Of a stretch of DNA of 64,000 nt, positions 12,586 to 26,478 are shown one piece after another. Below the pieces are notes generated by a model. That model was given only the letters and a program-made list of their open reading frames with translations. It had not been told where the DNA came from and made no database searches. The position numbers and the translations under genes are program-made. The stretch is taken from the NCBI RefSeq assembly GCF_006345805.1, contig NC_042999.1, positions 7,006,001 to 7,070,000 on the forward strand, given 5' to 3'. The DNA comes from Octopus sinensis. Its lineage: Eukaryota. Within the stretch, counting starts at the first letter, position 1. The number at the start of each line of letters is the position of its first letter.

Positions 12586-12996
12586 CTCTCTTTCTCTTTT
12601 ACTTGTTTCAGTCATTTGACTGCGGCCATGCTGGAGCACCGCCTTTAGTCGAGCAAATCGACCCCAGGACTTATTCTTTGTAAGCCCAGTACTTATTCTA
12701 TCGGTCTTTTTTGCCGAACCGCTAAGTGACGGGGACGTAAACACACCAGCATCGGTTGTCAAGCAATGCTAGGGGGACAAACACAGACACACAAACACAC
12801 ACACATACATATACATATATATACATATATACGACAGGCTTCTTTCAGTTTCTGTCTACCAAATCCACTCACAAGGCTTTGGTCGGCCCGAGGCTGTAGC
12901 AGAAGACACTTGCCCAAGATGCCACGCAGTGGGACTGAACCCGGAACCATGTGGTTGGTAAGCAAGCTACTTACCACACAGCCATTCCTGCGCCTA
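12586..12996 (-). mobile_element. SINE-B, full length
   Basis: Family similarity. Confidence 0.92.
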
Positions 12997-13539
12997 TATA
13001 TTGAATTAATAATATACAATGTAAAATGGATGTTTGCAAAAATATTTGGTTTTAATGAAATTTCAAATGACTAAAATTTGTTTAATCCAGCGAAGAATGG
13101 CGGTGGACTTTGAAATATTCCGAAGCCGTTTTGGAGGCAAAATATCTCCAACTCGTCAAAAAGAGAAAAAAAAACCCCAAAAAAGTAAAAAGAGAAAAAA
13201 CCCCAAATTCTGTAAAAAGCCGCTGAACAGGATCTAAATTGTTCAAAATCGCAGCTCATTGAAATATGAAAGCAAGCAACAATATAACATTGTGCATTTA
13301 TCTTGCAATTCGAGATATGCCCTTCAGCAGCTTGCAACAAAAATCTCAATGGTTTTGGCACCTTCAAACATTAATGTTTCCTACGTTGGTACTAAGCACA
13401 TGTGATGCTACAAGAGATGCTCTGTGTTTTTTTTCTAGCATTACAATGTAGTACGACTTTTTCTCCGCCGTTATCAAAGCGGTCTTTACATCAAACAGAG
13501 TTCAAAATTCAATCTTTCAATCATGAATCTCTTTTGCCT

Positions 13540-13767
13540 CACTACTAATAATCCTTTCCACTACAGGTACAAGGCCTGGAATGTTGATGGGTTGGGGATA
13601 TAAGATTATATCAACCCCAGTGCACAACCGGTGCTTAATCTAGTGACCCCGAAACGATAAAAGGCACAGCCAACCTCGGCGGCATTTAAAACCAGAGCAT
13701 AAAGACCGGACGAAAAGTCGCTAAGCATTTTGTCCAGAGTGCTAACGATTCAGTCAGATCGCCGCCT
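13540..13767 (-). mobile_element. SINE-A, diverged
   Basis: Revcomp head and core. Confidence 0.75.
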
Positions 13768-13844
13768 TTGTGTTGCTGTTAATAATAAGAGAGTTAATGT
13801 AAGGTTTCGAGTGAACACAGGCTTCAGGAGATATTCAAGAAGAA

Positions 13845-14133
13845 ATAATTCCCCTTTGGAAACATGGGTGGTTCGTTCAACATCCTTAAACAATCCTTAT
13901 TCAGGGACCTTTTGAGCGGGATGGGCTACTTGACTAGAAGAAAATTCTAACTGGGCCCACACCTGCAAGGTCATGCGCTGCTTATCTTGATATGAGATCA
14001 CCCTGTTGCGCACAAATGGTTGTGATGCATGTGCCTGGTGTACCCTTATCAGACGGGTAGTCATGATGGGTATACTAGGCTTCGTATATTTTACCCCAGT
14101 GTCATTTTGATGGCATGCACGGCTCTCTCACTC

Positions 14134-14197
<64 letters not shown>
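13845..14197 (+). mobile_element. Retroposon 3' segment with (AAT)n tail
   Basis: Long (AAT)n tail at about 14135-14197; family identity from recall only. Confidence 0.5.
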
Positions 14198-14198
<1 letters not shown>

Positions 14199-14199
14199 A

Positions 14200-14320
14200 T
14201 GGAATAAGTAGGGGCTGCAATAAGAGTGGAGCCCTTGCAGAAAATAGTACTGATCGGAACTGCTCGAACACTCCGGAAGGTACTCGATAAATAGGTGTTA
14301 CTTTAGTTCACTGGTAGTGA
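14200..14320 (+). mobile_element. 3' end of an R4-like LINE
   Basis: LQKIVLIGTARTLRKVLDK* matches the LQKxxLLGTARILRKVL C-terminus. Confidence 0.65.
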
Positions 14321-14321
14321 A

Positions 14322-14723
14322 CAGGCGCAGGAGCGGCTGTGTGGTAAGTAGCTTGTTTACCAACCACATGGTCCCGGGTTCAGTCCCACTGCGTGACACC
14401 TTGGGCAAGTGTCTTCTACTATAGCCTCGGGCCGACCAAAGTCTTGTGAGTGGATTTGGTAGACGGAAACTGAAAGAAGCCTGTCGTATATATAAATATA
14501 TATATGCATGTGCGTGTTTGTGTGTCTGTGTTTGTCCCCCTAGCATTGCTTGACAACCGATGCTGGTGTGTTTATGTCTCCGTCACTTAGCGGTTCGGCA
14601 AAAGAGACCGTTAGGCTTACAAAAGAATAAGTCCCGGGGTCGAGTTGCTCGATTAAAGGCGGTGCTCCAGCATGGCCGCAGTCAGATGACTGAAACAAGT
14701 AAAAGTATAAAAGAGTAAAAGAG
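14322..14723 (+). mobile_element. SINE-B, full length
   Basis: Family similarity. Confidence 0.92.
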
Positions 14724-14864
14724 CTGATACCGTGGCACAAGCTGTGCAAAGACAATAACAAAAATAATAATATGTCTGAGGTCCTTGTTGTGACTTGACA
14801 GATGACTAAAGACTCCGTTGCATTTTTACTTACACTGTGTTATGAAGGAATAACTATATAACAC

Positions 14865-15036
14865 ACATATATACATACATATATGTATATATACACACAC
14901 GACGGCCTTCTTTCAGTTTCCGTCTACCAAATCCACTAATAGACGACACCTGCCCCAAAGTGCCACGCAGTGGGACTGAACCCAGAACCATGTGGTTGTG
15001 AAGCAAACTTCCTACCACTTATCCACATTTGCGCCT
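14865..15036 (-). mobile_element. SINE-B 5' half
   Basis: Family similarity. Confidence 0.8.
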
Positions 15037-15661
15037 TGTGGTCGGTTCGAAGGTTACTTTTTACTTTCCTCTATACAATTATCAAGGCTCTGAAAACGAC
15101 ATGAAGACTGCCTCTCTCTCTCTCTCTCTCCCTCTGAGTAAATGATAAAAATCAGACAAAAAATCCTTTCTATGTTTTGTAACAACGACTTAGAGGAATG
15201 GTTAAGTATCCAAAAACGTAACATTGTCTCGTAGGTTCCATGTTCTTTCTCTTCATCCGTCTCAGTAGAATTCATTACTAATACATTTAATAAAGATATG
15301 GAATGAAAACTAATTTTCTTTCTTTAAGAAGGAAGTCTTGTGTTTGTGAGAGAAAGCAATTGTTATATTATGTTTCTAGTTTTATTTTCTCGTTTGGTAA
15401 TTCCATACACATTTATATATTAAATATTTGAAACAGGTATATGTTAATATTGTGTATATTTCTTCAATATTAATAATTTTATATTTTCTCTGGAAATTTG
15501 TTCAATACTAAACTGGTTTTGTGTTTTATCTTTTACAAACGTATTTATTTCACAACTTCATATATAAAATATCAACACTTCAATTCTTAGATGTGAAGGG
15601 TAACAAAGTTTACCTCAATATAATTTCTTGTCGTCTGATTCCGTTAAGAAAGTTCACTGAC

Positions 15662-15767
15662 TTTTGATTTAACCTTTTGTGGTTTAACTGAAGTCGAAAG
15701 AGGGTCTGGAGACATTAATCCATTGTGCTGTAACGAATAAGGTCCTTGAGGACAAACTATACAACCT
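15662..15767 (-). CDS. Candidate host exon (GCIVCPQGPYSLQHNGLMSPDPLSTSVKPQKVKSK)
   Basis: TTTATCAG acceptor, GTCAGT donor, open frame, GC-richer island in very AT-rich DNA. Confidence 0.28.
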
Positions 15768-16219
15768 CTGATAAATTAACAATATTTATTGTATAGACAA
15801 CCATCAAATGGAACATGGTAAATGTGTCTGGCTAAGTTCTCATAACTTTCGAGAATAATGAATATTTACATTCTTTAAATAAGCATGGAAAATATTAAAA
15901 ATTTATGAATTTTCTAACTATTTTCATTACAATCATATTTTAAACGATACAATGAAGGTAATATTTGATAGGAAATATCCAACAAAAGTGAAAGAAAAAT
16001 TTAAATATTTCATACAATTTCAAAATTGATTCTTTATAAAAGTCATCTATTATTACCTATTATTATCTTTATATATATATTATCTTTATTATTAAATCGA
16101 AGATACCGTATCTCTTAATGTTTTAAAATATATCTTTCTCCATTTAAAGAAACAAAAATGTAATATAGCCAATGTATATTGTATCAGAACTCTAAGATTT
16201 ATTTATTGTTAACCATAAG

Positions 16220-16429
16220 CGTATAATATATATATATATGTGTGTGTGTGTATATGTATATGTAGATATGTATATATATGTATGCATATACATATATATA
16301 TATGTGTGTATATATATGTATATAAATATATGTAGTATATGTATACATACATATATATATATATATATGTATATATATATTTACATATATATATAACTAT
16401 ATATATATATATATACATATATATATAAC

Positions 16430-16462
<33 letters not shown>

Positions 16463-16676
16463 CTGTAAATGTATATATATATATATACATATATACATAT
16501 ATATATGTATGTATATATATATGCACATATGCATATATATATGTACATATACATATATACATATGTATGTATATATATATATATACATACATATGTATAT
16601 ATGTATATGTACATATATATATATAAACATATATATATATATGTATATATATATGTACATATACATATATACATAT

Positions 16677-16730
<54 letters not shown>

Positions 16731-16830
16731 ATATATATATGCATATGTGCATATATATATTTATACATATATATAGAAATATGTATACTTACATACATTC
16801 ATACACACACACACATAAACACACATGATA
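16220..16830. repeat. Long imperfect (TA)/(CA) microsatellite
   Basis: Direct. Confidence 0.95.
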
Positions 16831-17384
16831 AAATAGATGAAACGTGATATATTAAAGATGCGTTATCGAAAACAAAAGACTTTGTATCTTCTGAAATTAA
16901 GAAACATCATTAAATCATTAGAATTCCAGTCTCGAACAATATTGGATGCAACAAATATATAAGAAACACTTAAAAAACACTGATCGAAAGAGATATACTT
17001 GCGAGTAATCATTTAATTTGCTCGTATGACGGGCATAAATCTAATGTTTATATAAATTTTTGACGTGATAAATAGTGCAAATGCATCTTACTCGCTTTAG
17101 ATCATGTTAAATATTTGAAAAAAAAAAAGAAGCTATAATTGTTAGAGTTAAATATCTACTAGTTACTGGTTGTTACACAATCTCTCTACTGTTTTCGCGG
17201 CTTTACTGCGTTCGAAATTTACTTTCTTGTCTAAACTTTTCAAAAATTAGCTGGTCCTTTTTCCTTCACTAGAATAATTCTTTTCAAACACAACAACGTA
17301 TTATTGTACACATACATACCCAAAATATCTTTTATAGACTAGTGTCGTTATCCCTGAAAAAAAAAACAAAGACAACAACAAAAC

Positions 17385-17423
17385 ATGGCGTAGAAGTGGC
17401 TGTGTGGAAAGTAGCTTGCTTAC
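17385..17423 (+). mobile_element. SINE-B head only, immediately upstream of the ORF1 element
   Basis: ATGGCGTAGAAGTGGCTGTGTGGAAAGTAGCTTGCTTAC. Confidence 0.8.
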
Positions 17424-19110
17424 TTCCGGTTAACCAGATGGCAACACTAGTTGGTCTGGACTGTTACAGTGAGATGTGAGTTTCGGCTCCGTGAATAGAA
17501 AAAAAGAACAAAAAGAATAATTGTCAATTATGGCTCGCTATAGCGAGCAAAATACTGGGTTCCTATCACCGTAACGGTGAATTGAGAATTTTTGCTTGAA
17601 AATTCTTTTGTAAATTCTAGTGGGCGTATCTCGCCAGAAAAATAAGAATAAGCCATTTGGATTACCTTTTTGAATTACCTCTTTGGAGTATTATACAAAG
17701 GATTCCCTGTCTGTGCTGTTTGTGAGGTTTTTCTTTTACTTTTCCCTTCTTCTATTTTTTCTTTCTTTCTAAATTTTGGTTCATTCTTTTCATTACTTTA
17801 ATTTCGGTTTCCTCCCCTCCTCTTTTATTTTGGTTTATTTTATTCGGTTTAATTTTTTGGCAGACTGTCTTTTGAACTACTTTTGAACTGTTTTTGACAT
17901 GGCAGAGAAGGAACTTAAAAAGAAAAACTCCGTCTTAGAGTGGGAAATTAACCCGCCTAAGCAGTAGTTAAAAGATATGGAGGAGAAGACGATGGTACTT
18001 AGAACTTATTCTAAAGTTCTTAATTCCATCACCGTCTTCTCAAAACAAGTCATAAAAAATGAACTTAAAGAATATTTCTCCTCTTTAAAATATATATCCC
18101 GTGGTGTCAAACATGCAACTGTATGGATGCTGTTTGACAACGGGGAGAAGGCTCGCCAGTTTGCGAGTCAGCCTTTAGAAGACAAGGAAATTCTGTTCCT
18201 TCCGTCATATTGTGGAAGAAATTTAATACGAGCCTGGGTATGTGGGTTACCCCCAGGCACCAAAGCGGATTGGATTGAAGATACCATCCGACGGGGACTG
18301 GGGGATGACGGGACCAGGTTCTTAAATGTAAAGGTATTGCCGGCGGTCGATTGGGAAGGGTCAAAATCGCTTTTGACCCTGTGGACCCCATCGGCCGCAA
18401 CAGATCTGGTTTTTCCAGATTTTTTGAAAATGGCTGGCTGCAGGTGTCCGGTGATACTTGAGGGACGTCCCCCCAAGTGTCATTCGTGCCTGCAGCCAGG
18501 CCACATTAAAAGGAGCTGCCCATAGGCAGTCACTAGATGCCACTTCCCCTACCCGGTCAAAGGGAGAGGTGGATGTGGTCGAGGAGGCTTCAGCCTCCTC
18601 AACTCAAAAAGGATTAAAAAGGAAGAAGGCGGACAACGATAGTTGCCCGCCGAAGGAACCTAAGGCTTCGGGAGGTGGGGGAGAGTCTCCAGACAAAGCG
18701 GAAGGGCTCCATTCTCCCGAAGTCAGGAAGAAAAGAAAAAACAGAAGGAAGAAGAACGGGTCATCTCAGCGGGGAGATGATGTGCCGACTGCATGTCCCG
18801 AAGTTGTGCCACCCACGGTGGAAGAAACCACCCCCACCCTTAAAGATGATCAATTAATTATCTTTTTCTATAAGGGCGGGGAGGTGGAAAAAATAGTAGA
18901 AGAACATAAAGAGACAGTAGAATGGCCTCCGCAGATAGCTGTGGAGGTCATAAGGTTTCCCTTGTGGGAAAGGCTTAAAGGATTTGGGGAGGAGTGACGC
19001 ATATGACCGGGTGGCCCTTACATGACTTACATGTCCTACTTGAGTGAGACATGGGAAATGGCAGGATACAGGAACTCAAGCGGCATTGAAGATAATGTCC
19101 TCTTGAAGAT
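17424..19110 (+). mobile_element. L1/Tx1-type ORF1 element, copy 1 (decayed, no ORF2 seen)
   Basis: Homologous to 31505-33685 in both UTR and ORF. Confidence 0.75.
17899..19110 (+). pseudogene. ORF1p pseudogene (RRM-like region plus CCHC zinc knuckle)
   Basis: ATG 17899; W-to-stop at 17965-17967; CHSCLQPGHIKRSC knuckle; frameshift near 18520; homology to copy 2 continues past stops to EDNVLL. Confidence 0.8.
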
Positions 19111-20122
19111 AAACATAGAGGGGACAAACAAGTACAGACAAACGGATTAAATCGATTACATTGACCCCAGTGCGTCACTAGTATTTAGTTTATTGACCAA
19201 GAAGGGATGAAAGGCAAAGTCGATCTCAGCGGAATTTGAACACAGAACGTAGCGGCAGAGAAATACCGCTAAGAATTTCGCCCGGCGTGCTAGAGTTTCT
19301 GCCACATCGCTGCCTTAATAATAATTATTTCAAAATTTTGCCAGAAGGGCATCATGGGGGAGGTGGGAATGAGGTGATTACATCGATCCCCAGTATTCAA
19401 CAGGTATTTAATCCATCGACCCCGAAAGGATGAAAGGCAAAGTCGACCTCGGCGGAACTTGAACTCAGAACGTAGCGGCAGACGAAATACCTACTTCGTA
19501 CCCACCAAGGGGCTAAACACAGAGGGGACAAACAAGGACAGACAAACGGATTAAGTCGATTACATCGACCCCAGTGCGTAACTGGTAGTTAATTTATTTA
19601 CCCCGAAGGGATGAAAGGCAAAGTCGATCTCAGCGGAATTTGAACACAGAACGTAGCGGCAGAGAAATACCGCTAAGAATTTCGCCCGGCGTGCTAGAGT
19701 TTCTGCCACTTCGCTGCCTTAATAATAATTATTTCAAAATTTTGCCAGAAGGGCATCATGGGGGAGGTGGGAATGAGGTGATTACATCGATCCCCAGTAT
19801 TCAACAGGTATTTAATCTATCGACCCCGAAAGGATGAAAGGCAAAGTCGACCTCGGCGGAACTTGAACTCAGAACGTAGCGGCAGACGAAATACCTACTT
19901 CGTACCCACCAAGGGGCTAAACACAGAGGGGACAAACAAGGACAGACAAACGGATTAAGTCGATTACATCGACCCCAGTGCGTAACTGGTAGTTAATTTA
20001 TTTACCCCGAAGGGATGAAAGGCAAAATCGACCTCGGCGTAATTTGAACTCAGAATGTAACGGCAGACGAAATACCGCTAAGTATTTCGCCCGGCGTGCT
20101 AACGTTTCTGCCAGCTCGCCGC
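19111..20122 (-). mobile_element. Tandem array of SINE-A units including a 404-bp duplication
   Basis: Repeated cores; 19204-19607 nearly identical to 19608-20011. Confidence 0.9.
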
Positions 20123-20124
20123 TT

Positions 20125-20168
<44 letters not shown>

Positions 20169-20204
20169 TTTATAATAATGATAATAATAATAATAACAAT
20201 AATA

Positions 20205-20405
20205 ATCTTTACTACACTAGGTGCAAGACCTGAAATTTTGGCAGAGGGAACCAGTCGATTAGATCGATCTCAGTACGCAACTGGTACTTGATTTATCGAC
20301 CCTGAAAGGCAAAGTCGACCTTAGCGCAATTTGAACTCAGAACGTAAAGACAGACGAAGTACCGTTAAGCATTTCGTCCATCGTACTAACGATACTACTA
20401 GCTCA
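20205..20405 (-). mobile_element. SINE-A, diverged, followed by (CTA)n/(CCA)n
   Basis: Family similarity. Confidence 0.8.
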
Positions 20406-20419
20406 CCTGCCATACTACC

Positions 20420-20465
<46 letters not shown>

Positions 20466-21319
20466 TTACTACTACTACAACTACTACTACTACTACTACA
20501 ACTACCACCACCACCACCACCACACCACCACCACCACCACCACCACCACCACTACTACTACTACTACTGCTGTTAAGCAATGAAAGGATTTTCACTGGCA
20601 AAAAAGGATTTTAGGAAACGTGTTCTTGTAACAAAGGATGGTTGGTATGCAACCATAAATCATCGTTTATATTTGGAAACGAGAAAGGAATACACAAGTA
20701 TTGTAGTGAGTTTTCTTTGCATCTGCATCTCCATCACAATAAATCCGATCAAAAGGATATAGAGAATAAAAAAAAAAGATGTGCACTAAACAAAGGAAAT
20801 TTGTATTATAAAATATGAAATAAAGCAGAAATCTAGAGGAAATGTATTAGAGACATGATAAATCGAAGTCGGAGAAAGGAAAGTGAGAGAGGAAGATATC
20901 TTAGTAAAATCACGGTGAATGTTTTGTGAAACGAGAATGTATCTTTGAAGAAAGAACTTCTTTAAAAGTGCAATGAATTTCCACCTGATGGTTTAAAATA
21001 ACATTTATCAGACTGGAATAACCGAAAATTGCGAAGACAAAAGGAAACAAATCAAGAATAACAAATAATAATTCGAAGCTAAAATCAATACACAGCAAAA
21101 AAAAAAAAAAGAATACACGCGTGCAAAGGCAGACAGATTATTAAAAAAAATATATTCCGAAAGAAAACAAAAAAAAGCAAAACAAACATTATTGAAATTT
21201 AAAAAAAAAAATCATTTAATAGCTTTTGAAATTGCAACGACTACTAAATTAACAATGAACTGACTATATGAAAATTGGTAGCATTAGGATAATTTGTGCA
21301 GTAGTGCGTGCGAATTTAC

Positions 21320-21366
21320 GTATGCACGTATATATATATATATATACACATATATATACATACATG

Positions 21367-21422
<56 letters not shown>

Positions 21423-21471
21423 TACATATATATTCATATACATATACATACATATGTATATATATCCATAT

Positions 21472-21520
<49 letters not shown>

Positions 21521-21601
21521 AGATAGATATAGATATATATACATATGTATGTATATAGATATATATATATGTATATGGATATATATATGTATATGGATAT
21601 A

Positions 21602-21667
<66 letters not shown>
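21320..21667. repeat. (TA)n-rich microsatellite
   Basis: Direct. Confidence 0.95.
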
Positions 21668-21668
<1 letters not shown>

Positions 21669-22452
21669 CCGAATGTTTTATTGTCCTCTATTGCGTTTTT
21701 GTTGTATTCTTTATATTTATATATACATATAGCGGCGCACGTACACACTTGTGCTCACCTTATCGTAGGTATGTATTTCAATTTTGTACGACTCTTACTC
21801 TGTCTTTTAGTCCCCCTTACACTTTCTTCCTCTTTTCTTTTTCTCGCCCCCCTCTCTCACATTTCTTGGCCGTCTCTTTAACTCCCACCTTTCCCTCCTC
21901 GTTCATCTCCCTTGTTCATTTCCATTTGTCTCTGATTTTTTTTTCTAATCCTCCAATCTCGCTGTCCACTAACTTTCTCTCCTCCTTCCACGTGATCTGT
22001 GTCCGGCCATCCATGATCTTTTTTTTCTTGGCCTGACAGCCGACCGCCAACACCTCTCATGTCCATCTCGGATGTTCTTGACTTTAGGCTTTCATTTCAT
22101 ACACGCCAGCTCAATTTGATTTGTTCTCAGTCGAATGACACCTATTGTTATTTCCTTCTTGTTTGTATTTGTAATTGCCGACTACCTTCTCCGTTTTTTG
22201 TCATTGTTGTCATACACATTCGTTTGCTTTCTCACAACAAATCTAATTTAGTGGCAACCAGATCGAAATGTCTCAAGTGTAACTGCCCGAAACAGTAAGG
22301 ACTTCTGATAAACTTGACTGATGAAAGAAAGCCACGAAGGACGCGTCTTTTTTCCCGCCCTTCTAATTGTTTCTTCTATCCGCCTTTGTATTGCCTATCT
22401 GTCGTAATGTTTTATTGCCCTGTATTGCGTTTTGGTTCCATTATATATATAT

Positions 22453-22548
<96 letters not shown>

Positions 22549-22549
<1 letters not shown>

Positions 22550-23595
22550 TAGCAGAGATACCCGCTGCCCGGTTATATTCAATTGAAGAATTAGACTTTT
22601 CTGTTATATTTTCTGAATGAACTGGAATATCTATGTTTCGAATTTCATCAAAATTGCAGATGAGGGTTATTTCCCTCTTTACACACCCTAAAAGAATTGT
22701 AATCGTGCCACATTGAAACCAAAAGACGAATGATCACAATAAACACTCAGTTACCCTACCCTAGTAGTTACCACTCCCAATGTAGGATTCCTCACCATCC
22801 AGGTGACAGGCACAGCCGTAAGATGCATTACGAATCTATAGCAATTGGAAGGGCGTGACCCAACTGAAATCAACATTAACAACTGTGTGACGTGAGGGCT
22901 TAGGAGAAATTAAAGTGTCACCTCTGAAGTTTGCAAATGACCACTATACTGATACGTAACTGGACAGAATGAATTTAAAATCTATAAATGTCTTTGAATA
23001 ACCAGTCACTCATCTGGGAAGGCCTTGTAATCAATGCTACCATCTGGGGACTATGTGTGACCGAGTGATAATAAAAAGACTGAAAGGAGGTCTGCAATCA
23101 AATAACTTTACTCAACACTTTGCATATGAATCAGTGGAGACAAAGATGTCTCTCATTTACTTAACAATTTATGCACCACATTGCAGAAATCACAATGTAA
23201 GTGTATGTCAAAGCAAACTGTTACACTGTTGTACCATTGAATTAGAAATAATGCCCAACTTTTATGCTCGGGTAAACCTACAGCTTCCAAGAGCACAACT
23301 GTATTCGTTTTTGCTTTGATAAAATGACAAAATTGTGGGTGTTAAGTACCCGTGGAGGGATCTTTCTAAATTTGTTAGAAGATGAAATTTTATAAATATT
23401 ACTTCATTTGTGTCTAATATCTATGGTTAAAATTTCATCAACAGTAAAAATATATGAATTGTCATGGGGGTTATGGCCCTTATGCTTAGAATATAATTTC
23501 CAAATTTCATAAAGATCCATTCAGTACTTTTGACCTAGTTTTGGATCATAAAAGAAATGACTAAAATTTGGGAATTAAGGCGCCCATTAGGGTGT

Positions 23596-23641
<46 letters not shown>

Positions 23642-23645
23642 TATA
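22549..23645 (-). mobile_element. Probable non-autonomous Helitron (longer type)
   Basis: ACTAGCAGAGATACCCG..CCCGG end (CTAG 3' terminus on minus); far end in ATATAGAT. Confidence 0.5.
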
Positions 23646-23734
23646 GATATAGATACACACACACACAAAGATAAATTGATAGATACAACTGAGTAGGCAA
23701 ACAAAAATATGAGACACAGCCTAGTGCTTTTTTA

Positions 23735-23925
23735 TGTTGATAAGCGTAGTACTTATTCTATTAGTTTGTTGTTGTGAAACCAGTAAGTTTTGTGGATGTA
23801 AATAAATGAACAGCAGTTGTGAAGCAGTGATGAGGGCGAAACACAGACACAAAGACACACACATACACTTACATATATACATATATATACGATTGATTTG
23901 TCTCAGTTCCTGTCTACGAAATTCA
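23735..23925 (-). mobile_element. Degenerate SINE-B fragment abutting the RTE 3' end
   Basis: Weak family similarity. Confidence 0.55.
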
Positions 23926-23932
23926 TATATAT

Positions 23933-25800
23933 TGTCGTTGGCATCCTTTTTGTCTCGGAAGACAATGGAGTTGCGCATAAAATAATCTAGTCCGGCTTTT
24001 ACATTTCATATCCTAATACATATCCTGCTGTGGCTGTGTAGTCCTATCCTGGACAAACACTCCCTCTGGCAGGTGCCGCAAATGTAGCGAAGACTTTGCC
24101 TAGCTGGTTGTAATGTCATACTTTCTTGTTGACGTCTTTTCTTGTCTTTCCATTTCTCCTCTCCCTCTATGTCACTCCTTTGTGTTCCCTCTTTTACGGT
24201 ACGTTGCCAATCTCCACGGTTGCTGGCAACTGCTTCCCAGTTGGTAATATTGATGTTGCCGGCATTCATGTCCCTTTTGCAAACACCCTTGTTTCGTAAG
24301 AACGGTCTTCCCACGGACCTAGTGCCCCTAGTAAGCTCTCCGTTGAGTATGTCCTTGGGGATTCTGCCATCTTCCATACGGCTAACATGTCGAAGCCATC
24401 TCATACGTCTTTGTGTGAGGAGTGTAAACATGCTTGGTATTCCTGCTTGCTTGAGGACATCTTTGTTGGGGACATGATTCTGCCATTTGATGCGAAAGAT
24501 TTTCCGGAGGCAGCGCAGGTGAAAGATATTTAGGCGACGTATGGCGTCCAAGTCTCGCTTCCATACAATAGAGTGCTAAGTACACATGCCTGGTAAATCT
24601 TCATTTTTGTGGTCTTGGTCAGCTTATTGTTGTCCCATGCCCGTTTGGAGAGTGGGGCCATCACAGCAGCTGCCTTGCCAATACGTATATTGAGCTCAGT
24701 ATCAAGGGATAGGTTGTAGGTGACGGTAGAGCCAAGATAGGTAAACTTCTCCACCTCCTGTAGTCTGTGGTCTCCAATATGTATGTTTGGGATGGTCGAT
24801 GTAGCCTGACCCATGATGTTGGTCTACTTGAGGCTGGTAAATAAGCCAAAGTTGCCACATGCTTGCTCAAAACAGTTAATGAGCCTTTGTAGGGCTTCAG
24901 TGTGTGATACCAGAGCGGCATCATCAGCAAATAGCATCTCCTTGATCAGGACGCTTCTGATTTTGGTCTTGGCACGCAGACGCGAGAGATTGAACAGTTT
25001 CCCATCACTTGTACTGTGCAGAAACAATCCATCATCTGATGCCACAAAGGTATGTGACAGCAGCATCGAGAAGAAGATGCCAAATAATGTAGGAGCAAGG
25101 ACAAAACATTGCTTTACCCCATTTTTTATTTGGAAGGCGGTTGATGTTGAACCATTGTGCTGTATGGTGCCTTGCATATCATCATGGAAAGATGTGATGA
25201 TCCTCAGCAGCGTTGGTGGACATCCGATTTTTTGGAGCAGGATGAAAAGGCCTTTTCTACTTACCAAGTTAAAGGCCTTTGTCAGATCAATGAAGGCCAT
25301 ATATAATGGCATTTTCTGCTCTCTGGACTTCTCCTGAAGTTGGCGTATGGAGAATATCATGTCAATAGTTGATCTGCTTATTCTAAAGCCACACTGCGTT
25401 TCTGGATAAATTCGAGAAGCAAGCAGTTGCAGCCTGGAGAGGATAATGCGAGCAGAGGCCTTTCCAACAGTGCTTAGAAGAGATATTCCACGGTAATTGT
25501 TACAATCACCACGGTCACTTTTGTTTTTGTAAAACGTAATGATGTTAGCATCCCGCATATCGTGAGGGACTGTACCCTCTTCCCAGCACTGACACAGAAG
25601 CTCATGAAGGTGCTGAAGCAGGATGGTATTTTTGCCGGTTTTGATGATCTCTAAAGGGATGCCGTCTTTTCCCGGAGCCTTGTTACTTGCTAGGGAGTCA
25701 ATAGCCTTGGTGAGCTCTGCTATAGGTGGCAGACTGTCAAGTTCACACATGACAGGCAAGATCTTGACACCCTCGATTGCAGCCTCAGCTACCGTGGTCT
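23933..25800 (-). mobile_element. RTE-clade LINE, 5'-truncated, RT pseudogene
   Basis: YRGISLLS, QCGFR, FIDLTKAF, MLFADD, KFTYLGS, RRMRWL, C-terminal CGTCQRECLSRIGLHSH; stop at 24824 and frameshift near 24550; RTE-type 3' UTR CCATTGTCTTCCGAGAC. Confidence 0.93.
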
Positions 25801-25809
25801 CTCTCTCTT

Positions 25810-25851
<42 letters not shown>

Positions 25852-25915
25852 AGTAAGGCATGTGTAGTTCTCAAGTTTTAGGGAAACACACAGACAGACA
25901 GACACACATTCTCAG

Positions 25916-25960
<45 letters not shown>

Positions 25961-26082
25961 TATATTTAAGAGGGATGACCACTAGGTGGACATCGATTTT
26001 GCTAGAAGTAGAATATAGTAAGCCATTGGTTTTAAATTGATATTAATCAAATTAAGATTAAATTTTTCACTCTTATTTTAAA

Positions 26083-26478
26083 CTAGCAGTATGGCCCGGC
26101 GTTGCTCGGGTTTGTAAGGGAAATAACTATATAGGCCTTTTTAGAGAGTTATAGCAAAAAAATAGCAAAAAATGCATTAAAAATGGAAAAAAATGATGGT
26201 AATTTTTTTTAAAATTCGTTGACTCATCGTAGACATTTTTAGAGAGTTACTTCCCTTATATAATAGCGAAAAAATGCATTAAAATGGAAAAAAATGATGG
26301 TAAATTATTTTTAAAATCGTAGACTCATCGTAGACGCCCGCTAATACCCAGAAGGGCTCGATATGAATCACGACTATAAGATACCCGCTTTCGGTTAAAC
26401 TGCACCGCAAAATGTGGGAGTAGTTAGGAATCTAAATCGTAGGAGACAGACACACAACTTGACTTTTATATATAAAGA
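26083..26478 (-). mobile_element. Non-autonomous Helitron
   Basis: On minus: 5' TC...CCCGAGCAACGCCGGG hairpin..CTAG 3', inserted between A and T; internal ~95-bp repeat x2. Confidence 0.85.

Noticed and set aside
12526-13074. Recurrent ORFs such as MTTDAGVFTSPSLSG, MLGGQTQTHKH and MNSERNGRRNT
   Set aside because: They recur only because they lie inside SINE copies
16209-16847. Long YIYI/HTHT ORFs here and at 10.8, 21.3, 39.5, 55.3 and 57.4 kb
   Set aside because: Translations of TA/CA microsatellites, which lack stops in some frames
19111-20122. CRISPR-like regular repeats
   Set aside because: The repeats are SINE cores with duplicated rather than unique spacers; eukaryotic context and no cas genes
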